From: a virus
Taxonomy: Duplodnaviria; Caudoviricetes
Direction: 5' to 3' (one strand)
DNA length: 36,649 nt
IMG/VR virus record: IMGVR_UViG_3300025277_000060
Coordinates: 1-36,649 of that record
The translations under genes were made by a program, and so were the position numbers. This document shows positions 19,132 to 25,890 of the stretch, piece after piece; within the stretch, counting starts at the first letter, position 1; each line of letters opens with the position of its first letter. A model generated the notes under the pieces. It was not told the DNA's origin. It searched no databases and was given only the letters and a program-made list of their open reading frames with translations.

Positions 19132-19263
19132 ATGATACGCAATTTTACATTTTTAGATGATCCTGTTAAGAAAAGAACATCAATCGGTCATTCCTGTAGA
19201 AGTAGACCAAAGAATAAACATAAGAGAAGGTCGTGGAAGAAGTATAGAGGACAGGGGAGATGA
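19132..19263 (+). CDS. 43-aa highly basic peptide ending KNKHKRRSWKKYRGQGR
   Basis: AAGGA RBS; KKxTSIG...KKYRGQG motif recognised from marine phage small proteins; not in the ORF track. Confidence 0.8.
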   Translation: MIRNFTFLDDPVKKRTSIGHSCRSRPKNKHKRRSWKKYRGQGR

Positions 19264-19418
19264 AGATGGATAAACTAACAGAACATGAATTATTAAAAAG
19301 ACTTGATAATGAATTTTATGATGTTGATTTTCAAGTTGTAACAAGTGCAACTAAAGGTGTTGTGGCTACTGTTCAATTTTATGAAGATAAAATAGAGGAG
19401 AATGAAGATGACACATAG
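19260..19418 (+). CDS. 52-aa acidic hypothetical protein
   Basis: ATGA overlap, GGGGAG RBS; not in the ORF track. Confidence 0.7.
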   Translation: MKMDKLTEHELLKRLDNEFYDVDFQVVTSATKGVVATVQFYEDKIEENEDDT

Positions 19419-19623
19419 AATAGGAGATAAAGTTACTATCATTTGGAATACAGAAGAACTACCTATGGAATATGCCAATGGTCATTATCCTAATGAGAAA
19501 GAAACAGTAACAGTTCTATCAGAAGATGAGGAATGTTACCATTGTACTAATTCTGTATGGGTATCAAAGAAACATGAAGATGATTATGTATGGGAGAATG
19601 AAGATGTTCCTAGTAACATATAA
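19402..19623 (+). CDS. Hypothetical protein
   Basis: GAGGAG RBS, MKM start. Confidence 0.7.
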   Translation: MKMTHRIGDKVTIIWNTEELPMEYANGHYPNEKETVTVLSEDEECYHCTNSVWVSKKHEDDYVWENEDVPSNI

Positions 19624-19888
19624 AATCCATGACGGAGAGCATGAATACTATGAATACTCTTGGTTCTCTATGGGTACTCAATCTGATTATGATGCAGGAA
19701 TTATTAAAGATAAGATACTGATAGAGGAAGTTTATGGTGGAGAAGTTGAACAAGAAGAAGGAACAAATAAATATTTTTCAAGAGATTGGGATACATTCAT
19801 ACAAGTGTATTCTGTACAGGATATAACAGTAAAGGAACTAAAGATGTTAAGCAAATTTGGTATAGTAAGTTATGATGGAGAAGGTTGA
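19598..19888 (+). CDS. Hypothetical acidic protein
   Basis: ORF-track frame trimmed to GGGAG-MKMFLVTY. Confidence 0.7.
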   Translation: MKMFLVTYKIHDGEHEYYEYSWFSMGTQSDYDAGIIKDKILIEEVYGGEVEQEEGTNKYFSRDWDTFIQVYSVQDITVKELKMLSKFGIVSYDGEG

Positions 19889-20076
19889 TGAATGAATATA
19901 CCTTTACAGTGCCATGCTGTTATTCTTACACTATACAGGCAAAAAGTGAAGAGGAGGCAAGGAAAATTTTAGTGAAAGACGGAGGAATAAATTTAAGTGG
20001 TGAGTTGTGTGGTTGTGAAACAGAAGATTATAAGAATGCAGAGTTAGAAGAGGTGGTGGAAAATGTCAATAATTAA
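19885..20076 (+). CDS. Hypothetical protein (A.S.EEA family)
   Basis: IQAKSEEEA motif, RBS. Confidence 0.7.
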   Translation: MMNEYTFTVPCCYSYTIQAKSEEEARKILVKDGGINLSGELCGCETEDYKNAELEEVVENVNN

Positions 20077-20311
20077 ACCTGCCGAAGAGAATATTGTCAT
20101 TATGGATAATGCAGTTTTCAAAAGTATTGTCAGAGAGATAGCTGAGGAGATGTTTCGTAGGTCAACTATGCAATGGAGTTATAATGACTTGCATGACATA
20201 ATGGGAGATGGGAAGAGATTGCCTAAAGCACAAAAGATATACAGACAGCATTATGATTTTGTCAGAGCTTGTTTGAAAAGGCATTATATATATAAAGAAA
20301 AAAAAGATTGA
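20063..20311 (+). CDS. Hypothetical protein
   Basis: GAGGTGG RBS, overlap with the previous gene. Confidence 0.7.
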   Translation: MSIIKPAEENIVIMDNAVFKSIVREIAEEMFRRSTMQWSYNDLHDIMGDGKRLPKAQKIYRQHYDFVRACLKRHYIYKEKKD

Positions 20312-20337
20312 CAGCAGTTTTAAGTTATGTCTATTCT
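20308..20337 (+). promoter_or_regulatory. Putative sigma70 promoter
   Basis: TTGACA 20308-13, 18 nt, then TATTCT. Confidence 0.5.
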
Positions 20338-20358
20338 GTACAAAGGAAGGAAATTGTC

Positions 20359-20613
20359 ATGATGAAAAAATCAATCACTAAAATAAATTCACAACTGTCT
20401 GTCAATGCATTAAAAAAGGAAATTGTCATGAGTTTAGATAGTCAACAACAAAGTAGTTTAGAGGACTTACAAGAGGAGACTGTACAGGAAGTATTGGATA
20501 TGTCAGTTAAGGATTTTTGTTTAGAGTGTAAAGAGTATATAAGAAAAACAGGTTATCATAAGTTTTCTGTACAGGATATAGTGGATATTATGGTGGGGGA
20601 GAAAAGAAAATGA
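20359..20613 (+). CDS. Hypothetical protein with two equivalent starts (20359 and 20428)
   Basis: Both ATGs lie in an identical AAGGAAATTGTCATGA context. Confidence 0.65.
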   Translation: MMKKSITKINSQLSVNALKKEIVMSLDSQQQSSLEDLQEETVQEVLDMSVKDFCLECKEYIRKTGYHKFSVQDIVDIMVGEKRK

Positions 20614-20831
20614 TAGTAGCAAATAACAATACACTTAAATCATTAGGATTAGATTACTCTGTACAGGAATGGCAAGATAAAAGAATAAATGCCATTAATA
20701 GAATATTGTCAAAAGCAAGGTACAATCATAAAGAGGTTGCAGAAAAGTATATAGACGAGTATACTAGGGTGTGTAATTCAAAAGCAATTGATAAGAGGGA
20801 ATATAAAAAAGAAAATGTTAAAAACAGTTGA
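20610..20831 (+). CDS. Hypothetical protein
   Basis: ATGA overlap; WQDKRINAINR motif. Confidence 0.7.
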   Translation: MIVANNNTLKSLGLDYSVQEWQDKRINAINRILSKARYNHKEVAEKYIDEYTRVCNSKAIDKREYKKENVKNS

Positions 20832-21606
20832 AAAAAGCAGAGCAAAAAAGACTACGGGAAGTGCTGTTACCTATAGAGCAGGAAAGGATAATGTTTTTGG
20901 TAGTTGTCCCAATACTTGTCCACTTAATCCTGTACAGGATAAAAGTACAGATGAGATTGATTGGTATTATTTAAAAGCTGTACTTCATGCAGTACCAAAA
21001 AAGGGAAAGGCATTTACATTTACCCATTTCAAACTTGAAAACGAGCCACTTGATAAATTGTTCTTGTTACATGATATAAAAGTTAATGAAAATACTACTA
21101 CTATCAATCGGTCAACGGATAGTTTAGATGAGGCAGTTGCTGTACATAGTAAAATGTTTCCAACTGCTGTAACTCTACCTTATAAAAATGCAGGCTATCC
21201 ACCAAATGTCAAAAAAAACTTCACTTATAAAAATGTCAGATTTGTTAGGTGTCCAGCAGAATATAACAAAACAATAACTTGTAAAAATTGTCAGCTCTGT
21301 ACACGTAAACTACGAAATTTTGTCATTGTATTCTATGCCCATGGTAATCAGAAGGAATTAGTAGGTAAAAAAGAGAACGGTGGTTGTTATGGTACTTTTG
21401 GAAATGTCAGATATCAATGGGAGCATACGAGAAAAAATGTCAAAAATGTCAGCAAGTACAACTTTAACTCTTTTATTAGTTCAACTATAGAACAAAAACA
21501 ACTGAAGGATTTTGCAAACAGTTTAGATACGGGAACTCTACTCCGACATCATGTCGTGGGGGATTTTGGGAAGATTAAGTACTCTGTACAGAATAAAAAT
21601 ACTTAA
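20815..21606 (+). CDS. Cys-rich putative Fe-S / radical-SAM-related phage protein (Gp88-like)
   Basis: SCPNTCP, FTH, CPAE..CKNCQLC, FYAHG, GGCYG and LRHHVVGD motifs. Confidence 0.6.
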   Translation: MLKTVEKSRAKKTTGSAVTYRAGKDNVFGSCPNTCPLNPVQDKSTDEIDWYYLKAVLHAVPKKGKAFTFTHFKLENEPLDKLFLLHDIKVNENTTTINRSTDSLDEAVAVHSKMFPTAVTLPYKNAGYPPNVKKNFTYKNVRFVRCPAEYNKTITCKNCQLCTRKLRNFVIVFYAHGNQKELVGKKENGGCYGTFGNVRYQWEHTRKNVKNVSKYNFNSFISSTIEQKQLKDFANSLDTGTLLRHHVVGDFGKIKYSVQNKNT

Positions 21607-21684
21607 AATTAATATTTGCTTATACTTTATTATTGTGTAACGATACTATTTTAACTCTAACTATATATAGGAAGGAAATTCAAA

Positions 21685-22734
21685 ATGTTAGATGCAGAAA
21701 ACGTAATGGGAACAGGAACACACATCCTACCCGAAACTCATAAGCACAATGATTTAAAAGATTTAAGTCTATTTGACTTTGGTATACAGGAAGAGGATTT
21801 ATACTATAAGTTTAACGGTGATTACTTAAAAGCAGATAAAAGAAAAGCAGTAGTCCGTTCCGATACGGGAGATTTTATCGGCAATCACAGTAAACGGTAT
21901 AAAACTATACCACATATTGACTTGTACAAAAAACACACCGAAAAATTACTTGATAGCAATCTTGGTGGTGGTGCTTTGGAAGTCATTGATCAAACTTGGG
22001 ATAATGGTGCTAAGGCAAGGAGAACTATTCATTTCCTTGACCATAAAACTGAAGTTAAGAATAATGATAATATTTGTTTACGTTCCGATATCTTTAACTC
22101 TATAGACGGGTCTTGGGCGTTTCAAACTTTTACTGGTGCATTCCGTAGCTTGTGTTTAAATACCCTAGTTTTTGGTGGGCAAAAGTTTTACCATGAAAGA
22201 AGAAAACATACTTCGGGATTAAATGTTAATTCAGCTTTGTCTAAAATAAGTAATACTTTAGATATATACACCAATCAATCAGATAAGTTTAAGAAGTGGA
22301 GTAATGCAAAAGTAACTGATGCACAAGTTATTCAGTTGTTGGCAAATACTGTTGCAAAAAAGGAAAGTAAAACAGTTGCCACTTTATCTGACTTAAATGA
22401 TATTGAAGTAAGAGATGATGATTTATATAAAAAAGATGTGTACAATAAAGACTTGGTTAATACTAACTTATGTGATTATTTGTACTATAGATATCAGCAG
22501 GAACAAGGCTCACTTGGTCAAACTCTTTGGGCTTTGTATAATGCTGTTACTCATTGGAGTACTCACACTGATGAAACTTTTGAACGTGAAAACAAAAAAG
22601 GGAAAGTCATTGAGATATCAATGGGAAGAAAAGGCAGTCAAAAAGCTAATGTACAGAAGGACAGAGAAATTGCAGTTCGCAATATGTTAGACAGTCGTCA
22701 TTTTGTTGCTTTGGAAGGCTTGGCAGTGGCATGA
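21685..22734 (+). CDS. DUF932 (phage/plasmid TIGR03299-like) protein
   Basis: AVVRSDTG..IG..S.RYK, NS.DGS, R.LCLN, KHT and TLWALYNAVT.W.TH motifs. Confidence 0.85.
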   Translation: MLDAENVMGTGTHILPETHKHNDLKDLSLFDFGIQEEDLYYKFNGDYLKADKRKAVVRSDTGDFIGNHSKRYKTIPHIDLYKKHTEKLLDSNLGGGALEVIDQTWDNGAKARRTIHFLDHKTEVKNNDNICLRSDIFNSIDGSWAFQTFTGAFRSLCLNTLVFGGQKFYHERRKHTSGLNVNSALSKISNTLDIYTNQSDKFKKWSNAKVTDAQVIQLLANTVAKKESKTVATLSDLNDIEVRDDDLYKKDVYNKDLVNTNLCDYLYYRYQQEQGSLGQTLWALYNAVTHWSTHTDETFERENKKGKVIEISMGRKGSQKANVQKDREIAVRNMLDSRHFVALEGLAVA

Positions 22735-22767
22735 TAAATATAACTTATAACACACAAGGCAATAATC

Positions 22768-22842
22768 ATGGAGATAATAAACGCATTATTTAAGATAGCT
22801 TGGATAATAATCATAATAGTTATATTAATGGTTTTACTATAA
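22768..22842 (+). CDS. 24-aa membrane peptide (MEIINALFKIAWIIIIIVILMVLL)
   Basis: Hydrophobic mini-ORF, weak AAGG RBS. Confidence 0.4.
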   Translation: MEIINALFKIAWIIIIIVILMVLL

Positions 22843-22903
22843 TCTAACGAAAGGAGGCTCTCTGAAATTAAATATTGATAAATCAGACAATTATATGTAC
22901 ATT

Positions 22904-22939
22904 AAAATGGTAGGTATTAATTTATCTACCATTTTTTTT
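22904..22939 (+). terminator. Hairpin with T-run (possibly bidirectional terminator)
   Basis: AAAATGGTAG/CTACCATTTT stem then Ts. Confidence 0.6.
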
Positions 22940-22958
22940 AATAACAGGAGATGTTAAA

Positions 22959-23204
22959 ATGACAAATGAAGTTAAAACTGCAAAAACAATAACACTTTAT
23001 CAAGATGATTTAGTCAATGCTGTTCGTACTCAGAATATAAACGGGTTCGTTACTGATTGCACAGAAGAATTTCTTGATAAATTCTCATCAAAAGATAAGG
23101 GTTTATTAGTTATGGGTGTTGTCATGGGTCAAAATAATATGCTTAAATTTCTAAAGAGTGTATTATATGACGGAAGTATAAAAAATGAAAGGTTAATAAA
23201 ATGA
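22959..23204 (+). CDS. Hypothetical protein
   Basis: AGGAG RBS. Confidence 0.75.
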   Translation: MTNEVKTAKTITLYQDDLVNAVRTQNINGFVTDCTEEFLDKFSSKDKGLLVMGVVMGQNNMLKFLKSVLYDGSIKNERLIK

Positions 23205-23383
23205 CAGCACAAGTTATGATAAAAGTACTTTGGGGCGTTTCATTCTTTTTAATTGCTCATGGGTTTATAGGTTTAACTCTTTTATATTCAAGTTCATATT
23301 TTCATTTATTCTTAAACTTGTTTACATTAGGATCGGGTTGTGCCATTCTATTAATACTGACTTTAACAACTAATGAAAGGTAA
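23201..23383 (+). CDS. Two-TM small membrane protein
   Basis: Two hydrophobic stretches, GAAAGG RBS. Confidence 0.7.
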   Translation: MTAQVMIKVLWGVSFFLIAHGFIGLTLLYSSSYFHLFLNLFTLGSGCAILLILTLTTNER

Positions 23384-23388
23384 ACATT

Positions 23389-23664
23389 ATGACTGATTTA
23401 ATATCCCAAAAAGATAAATATAAAGTAGAAGTTAGATATAATGATATTCAAAATAGCTTTAACATTATATCTATTGAAATAGAGGCTATCAATCAAGAGG
23501 TAGCAGAAAAGAAGGCGTTAAACCTGTTACAATCTACGGAATGGGTTCATGAGATACCACAGTCTAAGATGCTCAATAGTAATACAGAATATAGAGCAAA
23601 AGAAAATATAGCCGTTGAGCAGTCTTACGCCTTACTTCCTAAAATTAAAGTAAAGGCTGGTTAA
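23389..23664 (+). CDS. Hypothetical protein
   Basis: GAAAGG RBS; EA.NQE.A motif. Confidence 0.7.
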   Translation: MTDLISQKDKYKVEVRYNDIQNSFNIISIEIEAINQEVAEKKALNLLQSTEWVHEIPQSKMLNSNTEYRAKENIAVEQSYALLPKIKVKAG

Positions 23665-23665
23665 T

Positions 23666-23944
23666 ATGAAAGTAGAAAACATGACAAGCTCAAAAGGTAA
23701 CATAGTGCCAAATCAATTCATTATAAGGGATAAGTTAAACAATAAACTATCTTTTCAATCTTATGGCTCGGTTATCTGCGAAATAATAAACGATGACATA
23801 ACGCTTGATATCGTCTACTGGGATTACTCCCGTACAACTTCACGTTATCTTGGTGCATTCCTTAACTTACCATTAAAGGATATCAAAAAACGTGTATCTT
23901 CGGGGCAGTATCAGTTGAAGGATTTAAACCAAGTTAACCGTTAA
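23666..23944 (+). CDS. Conserved phage early hypothetical protein
   Basis: MKV.NMTS..G..VPNQF..FQSY..WDYSRTT pattern recognised from phage early genes. Confidence 0.75.
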   Translation: MKVENMTSSKGNIVPNQFIIRDKLNNKLSFQSYGSVICEIINDDITLDIVYWDYSRTTSRYLGAFLNLPLKDIKKRVSSGQYQLKDLNQVNR

Positions 23945-23969
23945 TCTCCCACTTCTGCCCCCAGAAGAT

Positions 23970-24015
23970 AACCCTAGCTGTTTGCAACCTCCTTGACATT
24001 CGGCTAGGGTTTTTT
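23970..24015 (+). terminator. Intrinsic terminator ending the early region
   Basis: AACCCTAGCTG/CGGCTAGGGTT stem plus T-run. Confidence 0.75.
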
Positions 24016-24362
24016 AGTTACGCTTTCTTACTACCTACATTCTCCCTTAAACCATGCCAACTAGCCCCTAAAATTGTCAATGTGTATCTTCACACGCATG
24101 ACATGACGGGAAACTTTATATAATATTACGGGGGAAGCTTAGGGTTATGCTTGGGAAGGTCATTTTGTCGGTATTAATAAAAAAAAGTGACAGAAACAGG
24201 GCGTGTTAGGGTCACCGGGGGGTACCCAGTACCCTGTATGCAACCTCGCACAATTTTGTGTATTTTTTAGGGCACCTACCAGAATCTTCGGACACCCCTT
24301 AAAAATTTTTGTGCATACCCTAGGGTTCCAACCAGCAAGAAACTTTAGAGGTATTTCCATTA

Positions 24363-24400
24363 CTGATGCATTCCCTAAGTATACCTGATGCATTCCCTAA
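24363..24400. repeat. Direct repeat CTGATGCATTCCCTAA x2 (22-bp period)
   Basis: Exact 16-mers at 24363-24378 and 24385-24400. Confidence 0.95.
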
Positions 24401-24443
24401 TGGTACTACCCTGTATATACTTTACCCCGACAGGCCTACCTTT

Positions 24444-24472
24444 AGTATACACCTAATATCAGACTTGTCAAG
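24444..24472 (-). promoter_or_regulatory. Leftward sigma70-like promoter (left arm of an inverted repeat)
   Basis: Minus strand TTGACA-N16-TATACT. Confidence 0.6.
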
Positions 24473-24508
24473 TAAAAAATGAAAAAAGTGAAAAAAATAA
24501 CTTTATCC

Positions 24509-24536
24509 TTGACAAACTCTATATTAGGTGTATACT
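24509..24536 (+). promoter_or_regulatory. Rightward sigma70-like promoter for the pqqA/late cluster
   Basis: TTGACA 24509-14, N16, TATACT 24531-36; A-tract UP element. Confidence 0.75.
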
Positions 24537-24542
24537 GGTAAC

Positions 24543-24680
24543 TAGTAGTTGAACATGTGCTTATGCTTCTTCAAGTAATACAAAAGAGAATATAGAGGTA
24601 AAGCATTAACTGCTGAGGGGGCTAGTACAATTAATGTTCTATCTCCGGAGGAAGCGTCTAAGCTTCAACTACCCCCTCAA
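24543..24680 (+). ncRNA. Structured 5' leader / candidate ncRNA upstream of pqqA
   Basis: Helices 24545-53/24664-72, 24558-70/24594-605 and 24614-21/24672-79. Confidence 0.5.
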
Positions 24681-24700
24681 AATAAAGAAAAGGAAACATT

Positions 24701-24784
24701 ATGAAAAATTTGTGGAATGCACCAGAAATCAAAGAGGTGTCTGTTGGCATGGAAATTAATTGTTATGTTTGTGCTGAGGTGTAA
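24701..24784 (+). CDS. pqqA: Pyrroloquinoline quinone precursor peptide PqqA
   Basis: MKNLWNAPEIKEVSVGMEINCYVCAEV (27 aa) has W-x-x-P...G-x-E-x-x-x-Y, matching alphaproteobacterial PqqA; AAGGAAA RBS. Confidence 0.88.
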   Translation: MKNLWNAPEIKEVSVGMEINCYVCAEV

Positions 24785-24789
24785 AGACG

Positions 24790-25101
24790 ATGGGAGATAA
24801 TATAATAGATTATAGAGCAGGTATATCCAATAAAATGGTAGGAGCAATGCTGGATAGTAATATTAATCCCACTACTGGTAAACCATTTGCAAATGAAGAA
24901 GCAAAACAAACGTGGATGCAGAACTATGATAAACCTGTTGAAAAACAAAGTAAAGGATTTTTTAAGAGATTAAAGGATGCTTTATTTGCACACGGTGGCC
25001 CAGTTAAAAAAAAGCGTGGGAGCTACATGGGTGGTGGAAAGGTTCATAGGAAAAAGTATGCCAAGGGTGGTGGCGTGAGGAAAGCAACCAGATACAAATA
25101 A
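24790..25101 (+). CDS. Small basic late protein with C-terminal GG-V tags
   Basis: AHGGPV, YMGGGKV, YAKGGGVRKATRYK. Confidence 0.8.
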   Translation: MGDNIIDYRAGISNKMVGAMLDSNINPTTGKPFANEEAKQTWMQNYDKPVEKQSKGFFKRLKDALFAHGGPVKKKRGSYMGGGKVHRKKYAKGGGVRKATRYK

Positions 25102-25115
25102 AAGGAAAAGAAACA

Positions 25116-25595
25116 ATGGGAACAACAAGGAAGAAGAGGAACGGGCGTTATAGATCAGGTGGTTATGGCATCCGTGTACCAAAGGATGAAAAAGCACTAT
25201 GGAGAGTAACAGAAGGTTCAACGGTTGCTAGAGAAAAAAATAGAGAACTAATGCGTGCAGAAAAAAAGGCATTAGAAGATAAAGTAGCTACAATGAAATC
25301 TTGGGATATAGAATTACAAACCGATGCTGAGGTTTGGCTTAGAAAAATAAAAAATGCAAAAACTAGAGAACAATTTGAAAAATTAGCACTTGCTTTTGAT
25401 AAAAAGTTTGAAGCTGCAAGAGAAGTAAAAAAACAAATGGGCCGACCGGGGGGGAAGAAGAAAGTTAGTGCATATGGAAGGAAATTAAGAGGATCTCATT
25501 CAAAGATTAGAAAAACATATAGAAAGGCACAAGATCAAGACATTAAAGAATATGCTAAAGGTGGTGGAGTGAGGAAAGCGAAGAGGTATGGCTAA
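25116..25595 (+). CDS. Basic late protein with C-terminal YAKGGGVRKAKRYG
   Basis: RBS AAGGA; shared tag. Confidence 0.8.
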   Translation: MGTTRKKRNGRYRSGGYGIRVPKDEKALWRVTEGSTVAREKNRELMRAEKKALEDKVATMKSWDIELQTDAEVWLRKIKNAKTREQFEKLALAFDKKFEAAREVKKQMGRPGGKKKVSAYGRKLRGSHSKIRKTYRKAQDQDIKEYAKGGGVRKAKRYG

Positions 25596-25890
25596 AATAC
25601 CTGTATCTCCGTGGGAAGCACTTGCATCATTAATTGTATTACCTGTTCGTGAATTTTTAAGTTTACATAAACAGGCTAGAGAAGCACAATTAAATATGCT
25701 AGATAAAAACAAACGAAAAAAAGCTAAGAAAGCAATAGCTGAAATAAATAAAGAGTTAGGATCTCAATTTAAAGAACAAAAAAGAAAAAGTGAAATGGAA
25801 AAAGGAGCACCGAAAGCCCACGGTGGCAAGGTCCACACGAAAACCTACGCCAAAGGTGGTGGCGTAAGGAAAGCAGCCAGATATAGCTAA
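25588..25890 (+). CDS. Basic late protein with C-terminal YAKGGGVRKAARYS
   Basis: Overlap coupling; shared tag. Confidence 0.8.
   Translation: MAKIPVSPWEALASLIVLPVREFLSLHKQAREAQLNMLDKNKRKKAKKAIAEINKELGSQFKEQKRKSEMEKGAPKAHGGKVHTKTYAKGGGVRKAARYS

Noticed and set aside
18749-21591. CTGTACAG as a LexA/SOS box
   Set aside because: The gammaproteobacterial box is CTGT-N8-ACAG; here the half-sites have no spacer and lie inside ORFs
24160-24393. ORFs 24160-24393 (-) and 24203-24388 (+)
   Set aside because: They lie in the repeat-rich block, have atypical codon usage and lack a convincing RBS
24363-24400. Direct repeat as a mini-CRISPR array
   Set aside because: Only two 16-bp copies separated by 6 nt, far from CRISPR repeat-spacer dimensions
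24600-24680. Twister or hammerhead ribozyme assignment for the pqqA leader
   Set aside because: Fragments such as UAA, GAGGG and CUGA are present, but their order and pairing do not fit the consensus by eye; left unassigned
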